Positions 11,701 to 22,216 of a stretch of DNA of 64,000 bases are shown here, piece after piece; within the stretch, counting starts at the first letter, position 1; each line of letters starts with the position of its first letter. This stretch comes from Asterias rubens (lineage: Eukaryota). Under the pieces are notes generated by a model. It did no database searches and was not told the origin of the DNA. It saw only the letters and a program-made list of their open reading frames with translations. The translations under genes were made by a program, and so were the position numbers. The stretch is taken from the NCBI RefSeq assembly GCF_902459465.1, contig NC_047068.1, forward strand, positions 6,510,001 to 6,574,000. The letters run 5' to 3'.

Positions 11701-13230
11701 TGTTTGTGTCCAGCTAGAAGTATACACTTGTTCATAGGTCAAAGTTCTCTGTTTTCAATTATATAATAGAGATCAATATTGTTTCCATTGTTGTGGTCCA
11801 TCACGGACGGTAACACAGAACCAATGAGCCACATAAAAAACATAACCCACAGCGAAAAGCTCACACAGACTGTGCTCAGAACCAATTTCTGAGAGCTACA
11901 CAGCTAAACCGTTTTCTATGGTCCGATTAGAAAAGTTTGCTTAACAAATCCGTGCTAAGCAAAAATAAACAGATGAGACCAGTGGGACATAGGACAAGGG
12001 TCTTCTTTCACAGAGCCGCTTTGAACAGAAAATATTACTTAAATGTTGCTTAATAGTTACCGCAAATTATGGATATTGGTACGAGTGCGGATGATTTGTG
12101 CACAGTAGTCCTACAGTGGGCGTTGAGCGATGTGACAGTGTGTATACAGTTGGGTCGTGCGGTGTGATCACACACGCTAAGCACAGTGTATACGGGTGGG
12201 TTTACAGCGGCGTCTTTTCGGAGTGAATAATGCGACTGCCTTGAGCAAGGCTAGACAAGCCTACTCTTAAAACTCTTTATGAAAACCACCCCTGGCCCTG
12301 TAACTGTGCATGTACAAAAATTTGACCATCACTTACCTCACTGGTGGTAAAATTTGAGGTGAGAACCGCTTTGTTACTAATCTCGTCGAAATGAAATATT
12401 CAGTTGTCCTTCATAACACAACCATCACTGCTGTTTATGTTTTCTTTAAATAATTCAATCCAATACCTAGTCATGAACGAACCTGCGAAGTAAACCAGTG
12501 ACCAAAGGTTGCTGAGGTCAAAGGACAAAAGACCCACCGGACCGTGTCTGCGAGTGTGAGATGGGCACGTTTTGTGACGCGTGCACAGCTAGGACCCCTG
12601 TTATGTAATAAATGTTTTCGTTGTTAATACGATGTGCTCACCAAAGGTCTCCTTAAGATGTGGTATGACATTTATGATGTGGCATTTAATTATGTTACTT
12701 TACTTTCTGTCATTTGGGACTCCTTAATAGTTCAATCATGGAGGACGGCAGTAACTTTTACAGGGAATTGCACTCCACGAACAGGGGAGAAACCGCCTGA
12801 CAGCCAAATAAACTAAACCACGCGATCTAATTTTTCTTCCTCGTTATTAGGACATGGACCTCCATGATTAGGCCTATCATGTTGAGTTCTCGATGGTTGA
12901 ATTTATATACCTGAATTTAAAACACACACTCTCAAATGCATCATCTGGCGACAGTTTCCCCATACTTTTCCCCAGACTCCACAAGTTCCTGGCCTGATAT
13001 TTCTTATATTTCACGGAGCCAACGAAAGCGATTGCCTCCATCTTATCCCTGGGCATTGCCTTGGTGCCCTGGAAATGCTCCAGTAGAAATTTACAATTTC
13101 CTCATTGGGTACCGTTGTTCGGTTTTTAATTGTAATGAGATTTGAGGTTGAGATAGGCTTCTTACACAAATCTTCGTTTTGCGTTTGACGAAAAAAAACT
13201 ATTGAATTATTTTGAAAACTACAGAGGAAT

Positions 13231-13556
13231 TCATTTGTAAACCGTTTGTTATAAAATGCATTATGGTTAGAAAGATGATTTGAAAGTAGAATTCAATGAT
13301 CCACAGTTGCGTGGTTTTCCTTTTACTTTACGAACTTTGCGGCAATTTTTATGGGAGTCAAACATTTGACTCCCATAAATGGCCGACCGTGTTTTAGTCC
13401 ACGGGGTAAAAGGAAGACCACGCAATTTCGAGTGATGCTTGTGTGGATCATATTCTACTTTCAAAATATCTGTCTAACCATATGCATTTTATAACAAACG
13501 GTTACAAACGCTTTTCAAGACTAACTCGACCTATCCAAGGCAACGCGTTCCTTTAA
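13231..13556. mobile_element. Family B MITE, left terminus lost
   Basis: Central palindrome ATGGGAGTCAAACATTTGACTCCCAT and intact right end CAAGGCAACGCGTTCCTTTAA. Confidence 0.8.
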
Positions 13557-13899
13557 ACTCGAAAAATTCACACAACTTTGTAAATGAAGAGGCAATAAAA
13601 ATAGCAGAGAAAAAAGATTAGCCTTGAAGTTTTATTATCAAACACGCCTAATACAAAACAAAATTAACCCAATTGTCTCACTTTGTTTTCTAATTCATTT
13701 TGCATTTTAAAATATTGCATAGCTTTATAATTGCTGGTCTTTTTCGCTCGTTACTTTTTGCTGAACTTAAACTAACTTTGTATACCTTGTTGTTAATTCT
13801 GATTATCTATAGGTATTTTGTTTTTAAATTAATCTGTAAGCGCCGTGGAGCATTGTTTTATGAATTTGGCGCTATATATAAATGTGTACTACTATTTTT

Positions 13900-14364
13900 A
13901 GGGAGGTTAACCTGCACGTTCCGCGTGAACATGAACGTCCGGAAATTGTGGCGTTAAAATTTCACGTTTCTAGAATACGTGACAATAGGGAGGTTTAGAT
14001 GCACGTTATGCGAGCAACTACGTGAACGTGAACGTCAGAAAATTTTGTTGTAAAAATCTCACGTTTTGCGCATACGTGAAATTACCGTTGCTCACGTCAG
14101 GTTCGTTCGTGCAGACGTCAACGTGATCATGAAATAAGCCCAAAGAGGTGACGTCACCTAGAAATTACACATTTTTTTACGTTCACGTTTTTGCTCGCGT
14201 AACGTGCAGCTAAACCTCCCTAATATTTCACGTCAGGTACGTACGTGCGCACAGACGTCATGCGTGATAGTGAGCATGCAATAAGCCAAAAGTGGCGATG
14301 TCACCCAGAAACAATTTTGTTCACGCTCAAGTATTTTCTCGCGTAACGTGCAGCCAAACTTCGT
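13900..14364. mobile_element. Family C MITE (AGGGAGG TIR, Harbinger-like), split by a younger copy of the same family
   Basis: Left half 13900-13986 plus right half 14222-14364 reconstitute the uninterrupted copy at 21629-21862, which has the same flank (AAATGTGTACTA). Confidence 0.75.
13987..14221. mobile_element. Intact family C MITE nested in an older copy
   Basis: AGGGAGGTTTAGATGCACGTTA...TAACGTGCAGCTAAACCTCCCT flanked by AAT/AAT. Confidence 0.85.
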
Positions 14365-14843
14365 TATTATTATAAGTACGACAAATTAATTTCCAACAAC
14401 AAGTTTGATTGGTTTTAAGTGAGATAAACAATTTTGATTAACATTTGAACTGAGCAACTTAAAATTCTCAGAAAAAAATGGTTTCAGTTGTAATAGAATT
14501 TGAAAGTATCGCTTGTTTAAGTGAATCTTTTCAAGTTTAAAGTTTCGATTTGTGTAAAACACGCAAGCGGCTTGCAGTCTCTATAAAGAGGACAATTGAA
14601 ACGCCGATTTGTACGCGCAACCTACCGCATTTTGCCAGTAAACAACGTTGGCCTCTCAAGGGCGCCCTACACATATGACGTCATGGGTATAAGGTTTATT
14701 GAGGTATTATTAAAGCTCTTAGATTACAAAAATTTTTCTTTTGCTGTACCTTTAAAATAGTACATTGTAAACTATGTATTTGTAATTTTTAAAATACAAT
14801 GTATTATACAAAAATCATCACTAATGTTTCTCTCATAACTTCT

Positions 14844-17800
14844 CTAAGCTAACTCCAGATCCATTTTGGACTCTGATACACTGTCTGTATAAAGTGGCCT
14901 CTTACAACAGCGCCACATGCTAAGTCCGATTTTTAAAATGAAGAGCCCCGCTGCCAATGAAATGATCACGACCGAATAGATGGCGTTACGCTTCTCTGGG
15001 TTCCAGTTTCTCGCAATGATGCCGCTGAGGGCGATGATGACGATCATCCAGACGGTATAGGTGTAGCGGAGGTACTTATCCCAGACGAAGTTCTCGAGGA
15101 CCGAATAGATCAGAAACAATCCAAGGACGATTGAGAGGCTGATTGTACACGATATGGACTGCTCCACGTCTCCCCAGTACGTCAAGACGGTTGCGAGGGT
15201 TAACTGAGTTGATATGGTGACCCATGTGGCATAAAGGGCCATACCATTCTGGACGATGATTCGGACGAGGACTAGGTCACACCTGAGTGGAGATACAAAG
15301 CAATAATAATATTGTTAAGTGTGGAAATAATGGGGAGGTTTGGCTGCACGTTACGCGAGCAAACACGTTAACGTGAGCATCAGAAACTGTGTTGTTAAAA
15401 TCTCACGTTTTTAGCATACGTGAAGTTACAATTTTCACGTCAGATGTACGTACGTGCAGACGTCATACGTGAGCATGAAATAAGCCCAAAGTGGTGACGT
15501 CACCTAGAAACAACAACATTTTCTGACATTCACATTCTTCGGTATTCAACACTCCATTGCCTTCCGCGTTTTTACTTTAGTGTCACCGGTTCCCCACTGT
15601 GCTTTAAATCATTATGTTAGCATGGAACAGGCTATTGGGACCAGTGAAGAAAAAAACTAAGATCATGAGGCTGGTTCCAATTAATGGTCGACCAATAGTC
15701 AACCAATGAACGACCAGCCTGGGTTCGAGTCATAATAGTCAACATTTAGTTAACCGTGCATAGTGCACACTCGAACGTGCTCTTCACGGGCCTCAAGTTT
15801 GACTTCTCAGGTCCGGGTGGCTCTTTACAGATTCCATACTAGTTTTAGCCATACTATATTTTTGTTTCCACAGTAACAACTAATATAGGCAGTAGTATGT
15901 ACATCTTTCAAACAATACAATTTAGCCAGGTAAATTTAAGTACACTGTTATGATACTACGGGGGAACTCACTATAAATAAGCCCCAAACAGGTCTCTCGT
16001 TGAGCCCAAACCAAACACCCACTTCAAATACATAAGGATGGGCAATCAGTTGAGTATGCACCACGTAATCAATGAAAAATTACTGAGTATACAGTGCTAA
16101 CACACATCGGTGTATGGGTAAAAACCAAAATTAATATTCTTTATCCCCGATGCAAATTTAACATCTATTATATCGTTGCGGTACCCGCTGCCAAAAACAT
16201 AGGATTCGAACTGCCTCTAGCTGCCGGGCAACCTCGGTAGTCTAGTTGGTAAGACACTGCTCTAGAATTGCAAGGGTCGTGGGTTCGAATCCCACCCGAG
16301 TAACATGCCTGTGATATTTTTTCACAGGACTCGGGAAAGTACTGAGTATACAGTGCTAACACACATCGGTGTATCGGTAAAAAACCAAAATTAATATAGA
16401 AAAATTACTTGGTAAGTCTGCTGCCACCTAGCGTTCTAAAATCTCCCATTGCCACACAATGGGTGGTACTTACTTGTGATTCTGTTTCATGATGAAGCCA
16501 TTTTGGTCAACTTTACGATGGTGCAGAACTAAGAGTGTGCATAATGCGATCGGCATGAGAGCATTGAGTCCACATGCAACTGGCACGTACTGTCTATCAT
16601 ACACGAACACCCATGAAATGTTGAGAGCGACGACGAACCCGTACAGTAGCAACATGACGGGTGTAATGAGCACCGGGTTTCGGTAGACTGGTCCCTGGAC
16701 GTTCCTTCTAACCAGTGACGTCAGAACGTAGAGATGGAACAGGCCTTCGAAGATGTGGATGACTTGCCATACCGTGAGGGTCCAGCCAGCAGGAGCTATC
16801 TCGGTAGGGTAGAGCCTGGCGACACTTCCGGTGCCGTTGTTGAGGAACCAGCCTGGAATGAGAACCAAGGAGAAAGATGGCGACCACAAAATTATTTATT
16901 AATAAAACAAAAAAGAACGATGCATTCTGGCAGAAAGTTCAATTTTATTTGCGTTCGATTAGCTTCCCCGGGACGACCCCGCGGTGCTCATTCAGGTGAG
17001 CCCCTGTTTTGACAAGAGCTAATCGAACGATCCCTCGCAATCTCGTGGTGACGTCATGCATCTCGGGCCAGCCCAAGTGACCCGTTCCACAACAAACAGG
17101 GCACTTGGGGCTGACTCGGTGAGCCCCTGGAATGATGTCAAAGCTATGCGAACGGACCGGGGAGCAGATCGGTGTCGACCCTGGGAAGATGATCGAACAC
17201 ACCTTGTTGAGGGTATTACTTCGATATCCTCCTTTTAGGGACAGGGTTCCGAGCATCATAAAGATATCGTTTCCAGTTCGAGTGGTTTTTAGTTTGCCGG
17301 ACTCAAAAGCCATACTTGTTCAAAATATACTGTTTCGCATTGTGAAGCAATAATGAACATCGCAAAGCTACTTTCCTTCATCATCATGAAGTATTGTACT
17401 CATAGATGTGGCTGTGGCTGTGTCATGGCTACCACGGAGAGCCATGATTGAAAGCTACGGCAAAGCCACGGGTCCAGCCATAAGCATTGGCCTCTGTTGG
17501 AGCCAAAGCCATTGATTGAGACACAGCCTTACATCGTAACTGATCATTCGGCTGTTGGTTGTTGATCGGATTGGGGCTTCAGTATTAGCAAGGCATGGAG
17601 CAATTTCTATAGTCGTAGCAAGTGCACACTCTATATTTAGTTTAGTTTTTTTAATATTCTAAAATTTAAAATTATCTATCTAACCATTTGCTTTTAAATA
17701 CAAATGGTTTCAAACGCTTTTCAAAGACCATTCGACCGATCCAAGACAAAGTGTTCCTTTAAAGCGATTACAAAGAGTTACCGTATCATACCTAGTGAGT

Positions 17801-17903
17801 TGTTACCACCATTTGAATTGCTGATTAGCAAGCTGGATATGAATGCAAGCAGAACGAACACTTCAAGACAGATGAACAGGATATCATGCTTCTTGGTTCC
17901 CAT
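14844..17903 (-). CDS. Uncharacterised ~8-TM membrane protein, paralogue B, 309 aa
   Basis: Coding exons 17903-17792, 16852-16474 and 15282-14844 (930 nt). Same intron positions and phases as A; no frameshift or internal stop. Confidence 0.88.
15332..15530. mobile_element. Family C MITE, 3'-truncated, in an intron of paralogue B
   Basis: GGGGAGGTTTGGCTGCACGTTACGCGAGC...GTGACGTCACCTAGAAAC. Absent from the equivalent introns of A and C. Confidence 0.7.
16085..16398 (+). mobile_element. SINE family 1 insertion, circularly permuted and terminally redundant, with 11-bp TSD
   Basis: TSD GAAAAATTACT at 16074-16084 and 16399-16409. A ~54-bp direct repeat sits at both ends (period 259 bp). tRNA-like cloverleaf at 16231-16303. 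Paralogue C (around 23130-23150) lacks the insert. Confidence 0.85.
17670..17762. mobile_element. Right end of a family B MITE in the first coding intron of paralogue B
   Basis: ...CAAACGCTTTTCAAAGACCATTCGACCGATCCAAGACAAAGTGTTCCTTTAA, ending at the TTAA homologous to 10287-10290 and 24458-24461. Confidence 0.75.
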
Positions 17904-17983
17904 GATGATAGTTCGAGTCTGAATCAACACACCTGAAGAAATAAAGTTTTCTTAGAATGACATCAACGTTTCTTAGAATGACG

Positions 17984-18212
17984 TCGGCCATTTACGGGGG
18001 AGTCAATTGACTCCCATAAATGGCCGAACGTGTTTGTCGACGAGGTAAAAGGAAAACCACGCAATTTCGAGTGATACTTGTGTGGATCATTATATTCTTC
18101 TTTTAAAATATCTTTCTAGTCATATGTATTTTATAACAAATGGTTACAAACGCTTTACAAAGACCAACTCGACCTACCTCCATGACCGATCCAAGGCAAC
18201 GTGTTCCTTCAA
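17984..18212. mobile_element. Right half of a family B MITE just upstream of the ATG exon of paralogue B
   Basis: Central palindrome GGGAGTCAATTGACTCCC through CCAAGGCAACGTGTTCCTTCAA. Confidence 0.75.
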
Positions 18213-19334
18213 TAAAGTTTAGACCATCACTTACCTTACTATTGAGTGATGGAACAGTTTGAGGTGAAGAAATCGTTTTTAATGATCTCGGTCGAATAGG
18301 GAAAAAAACAAGCTTGATCAGTTCTCCTTCATAAAACACTACCACCCTCTTCACTGCTGTGTCTGCCGTCTTCAATTAATTCAACACAAAACCGAATGGT
18401 CAAAGCCTGAACGGACGGACAAAGTAACGGTGACCAAACGTTGCAAAGGTCAAAGGAACCAGTCGGCACGCTGTGTAAACTCGTGCATATACCACCGTTA
18501 TATAATAAATGTTTTCGTTATTAATGTTAACACGAGGTGCTCGACCAAAGGTCTCGTTATGACATTTAATTATGACAATTTAATCTCTGATTTCGACTCC
18601 TTGCCACGTGGAGCACGGCAACAACTTGCACTCTATGAACAAGGGAGAAACAGACAGGGCCGGCCGACGGCCAAAGTAACAAACCACGCCTCTGTTCTGT
18701 TCCCCGTACACACGATCAGTTGATATTCTGATGGTTGAGTTTACAAGTTAGTCTACAAATGGAGGAAGGATACCTTCCTCCATGGTCTATATGAAGAACA
18801 CGCATTCTCAAATGCATCATGTACATGTAGCGATAGATTCTCCATGTACTCAACATATTCCCAGACTTTGTACTTAACGTCATGACCCCCCCCCCCCCCC
18901 CCCCCCACCACCACCACCACCACCAGGCCTGATACTTCAAGGAGTCAACGAAGGCGAAATAAGTCAAATAAGATTATAAAAGAATTACTTAGAATGGCGA
19001 AGATCTCATCAGTAAACATTTCTTTGTCGAGATAAAGATTGATTCGTTGTAAACCAATTGGTAAAACGAGAAGGTTGGGCCACGGTTTCAGTGATAGGCC
19101 TACTTGTTAATAATATTTGTTTTACGCAATATAAAATGATATCAAAACCACGCAGTTTTCGAAGAACACGACTGGCCCACATAATATTAGCAACGAAATT
19201 GCTGGCCACCGGATATGTGACTGTTCGGTTTTTAATTGTAAGGAGGACTTGGAAAAAAAACATTTCATTTGAGGTTTAGGCTTACGCCAATCTTCATTTT
19301 GCGTTGGACGGAAATAACATTAAACAACTTACTG

Positions 19335-20098
19335 ATCTTAATACACTTTATTGATACAAAAAGTTCAGTAACGAGTGGATGATCCGAAGGCGTTGATGAA
19401 AGCTATAGCACCTTCTTCTCATGCTGCACACAAGTCTTGTGATGCGCTGATGATGAGGGATGGCGTTCCATTCTTCATTGGAACCTGGTTAGGTCAGCCA
19501 CAGTTGATGTGTTGGTGGTTCTTGCGCGGACAGCGCGGCCAAGCTGGTCCCACAGATGTTCCATGGGATTCAGGTCTGGACTGTTAGCGGGCCAATCTAT
19601 CCGGTGCACCCCAACATTTTTCAGGTAGTCAGTCACCAGTCGGGCTCGATGGGGGCGAGCGTTGTCCTCTTGAAATATGGCATTTGGTCCAAGAGTCTGC
19701 AAGTATGGGACTGCAATCGGCTGTAGAATATCGTCTTGCAAATACCCATCAAACAAGGTGTTTTTCATGAGATGAGGGTAAATTGTGTCCGATGAGCTCA
19801 CTGGTGCAACATTGTGTAAACCATTAATGGTTCTAAAAAGCTTGATCGGTTTGATTAATGAGCATTACCTATTGACCATTCACAGACAACGGTAATTTTG
19901 GCACATTTGATTTGTGACTTTGCCTCATTGTTACTCGTTTAGCCAAGTTCAGCAACATGTAATCATTGCAAATGTGGTATCATTTGAAAGAGGAACAGTT
20001 CAGCTTTGCATTGATATATACCATATACAAAGAGAGTATTAAATAATAACAAATATACTGGATTGAAAAAAGTGTCCTTACTTTTTGTGAGCAGTTTA
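19335..20098 (-). mobile_element. Internally deleted, frameshifted Tc1-family transposon
   Basis: Minus strand encodes FQEDNARPH...WPANSPDLNPMEHLW...EEWNAIP...RLVCSMRRRC...STRY* (stop 19367-19365), the Tc1 DDE C-terminus. A TIR-like end (T)AAACTGCTCACAAAAAGTAAGGACAC lies at ~20070-20098. The N-terminal coding region is missing. Confidence 0.85.
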
Positions 20099-20945
20099 CA
20101 TTAGCTTGGTTACACGCGGTTACATTCAGACGTGAACATTGGGGGTTGGGGTGGGGGACGGAAGGGGGGGGGGGCTTGGCCCGGACGGGTAAAGCATGAT
20201 AACCATCAGTGTCTTTTGAAACTATTTATCTACTGATACGCAATTGGTGGATATTTGTTTTTACATTCACGTTAGATTATCTTTTAGCAATTAATGGCAC
20301 CAAAAGAGCACATAAAAAGTGGCTGGTTTTCAGAAAGAAATGCAAACGGAACTTTTGATTCCAATTTGCCGAAAAAGTGGCCCCTACATAGAAACATTGA
20401 GTGCATCCCTTGTTCTCCTGCAAATTTTACCCTAAATTTTGCACTTCGTGTGTTCCTATTGGAAGATATCATTGGTTTTGCACAAGGCTTCAAAGCGACA
20501 ATTTTTTAAGCAATCAGTACAACATGTTTGAGGGAGAGAGGCTGGACCTAGTCCCCTCGACCTGCCCCTTTTCAGAACCACCGGCCCACGCACACACACA
20601 AGTGTGTAAACACCTGCAATCGGGGACACTCCTTTGTCTAACTATTAGTGATAGCAACCGGGGACCACAATGATTTCCCTTGTGATAGCAACCGTGGACC
20701 CATTGTCCCTTTTGTTATAGGTCGCCGGTTTGAATGTGGATACAAACCCACACGTACAGGGCCCCCTACCCCCCCCCCCCCAAAAAAAAAAAAAAAAAAA
20801 AAAAAAAAACATACAGTAAAACATGCATTGCATTGCCTGCATCCACCAGCTGTGTTTATTTTATGAAAAATCCACCAATTTGTAAAATAAATTAACAATG
20901 AGAGGCAATAATAGTAGCAGAGAAAAACAGAAAAGCCTTCCGTAT

Positions 20946-21318
20946 TTAAAGATAGTCGACACTGTTGGAAATTGTCAAAGACCAGTCTTGTCACTTTGCG
21001 TATCTCAACATGTGCATGAAATAACAAACCTGTGAACATTTGTCGACGAAGTTGCGAGATAATAATGACAGATAAAACACTTTGTCACACGAAGTTGTGT
21101 GCTTTCAGATGCTTGATTTCGAGACCTCAAATTGTAAATCTGAGGTCTCGAAATCAAATTCGTGGAAAATTACTTCCTTCCCAAAAACTACGTCACTTCA
21201 GAGGGAGTCGTTTCTCACAATGTTTTATACTATCAACCTCTCCACATAACTCGGTACCAAGAAAGGTTTATGCTAATAATTATTTTGAGTAATTACCAAT
21301 AGTGTCCACTGCTTTTAA
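20946..21318. mobile_element. Family A TTAA MITE (Kolobok/T2-like), diverged
   Basis: TTAAAGATAGTCGACACTGTTGG...TTACCAATAGTGTCCACTGCTTTTAA; internal body matches 57521-57908. Confidence 0.8.
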
Positions 21319-21628
21319 TGTACAAGTTTTACTATCGAATACGCCTAAAATAAATACAAAAAATACTTTTACCCAATTGCATGAATTGTCTTACCTTGTT
21401 TTCTAATTCTTTTGCATTTTAAAATATTGTATATTTCTGCATTTTGCTCATTATTTTTTCACTTGTAATTTGTTGCTGATTTAAATTTGTTTTTATACCT
21501 TGTTGTTAATTCTGATAATGACTTTGTGTTTATCTCTAGGTATTTTGTTTATAAATGTGACCCTAAGTGCCGTGGAGCATTGTTTTTGATGAATGTGACG
21601 CTTTATATAAATGTGTACTATTATTATT

Positions 21629-21862
21629 AGGGAAGTTTAGCTGCATGTTTTCCGCGTGAATGTGAACGTAAACGACAGACAAATTAGTCGTTAAAAGCTC
21701 ATGTTTTTAGCATACGTGAAGTTACAATTTTTCACGTTAGGTACGCACAGACGTCACACGTGAGCATGCAATAAGCCCAAACTGGCACTGTCACCTAGAA
21801 ACAACACAATTTGTTGTTTACGTTCACGTGTTTGCTCGCGGAACGTGCAGCTAAACCTCACT
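21629..21862. mobile_element. Family C MITE, uninterrupted, downstream of paralogue C
   Basis: AGGGAAGTTTAGCTGCATG...CGTGCAGCTAAACCTCACT; same flank as the copy at 13900. Confidence 0.8.
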
Positions 21863-22216
21863 ATTATTATAAACATTTCCAACATTCAACAAGTTTGATT
21901 GGTTTGATTGGTTTTAAGTGAAATAAACAATGCTTGATTAACATTTTGAACTGTTGAGCACATACAAATTCTAAGAAAAACATGGTCTTAGTTCCAATAT
22001 AGTTTGCAAGTATCAACAACATTGGCCTCTCGAGGGCGCCTTACTCAAATGACGTAATAGGTATAAGGTTTATTGAGGTATCAAGAACTAGGCTATTATA
22101 AAAGTTGAAGCCATTCTGGTTGTTGCTCCCTTTAAAATGGTGTGTTTGTAATTTTTTTAAATACATATATTAAAAAAAAACATCACTAAAGTTTTGGTCT
22201 TCACTCTATAACTTCT

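Noticed and set aside
16231-16303. Functional tRNA-Ser(AGA) gene
   Set aside because: It folds as a cloverleaf with a CT-AGA-AT loop, but the top of the acceptor stem and the anticodon stem are mispaired and there is no long variable arm. It is the head of a dispersed repeat seen four times in the window.
20769-20809. C13-A28 homopolymer junction (also T/G at ~42207-42242) as a retro-insertion tail
   Set aside because: No TSD or upstream retroelement body; homopolymer lengths are also unreliable in assemblies.
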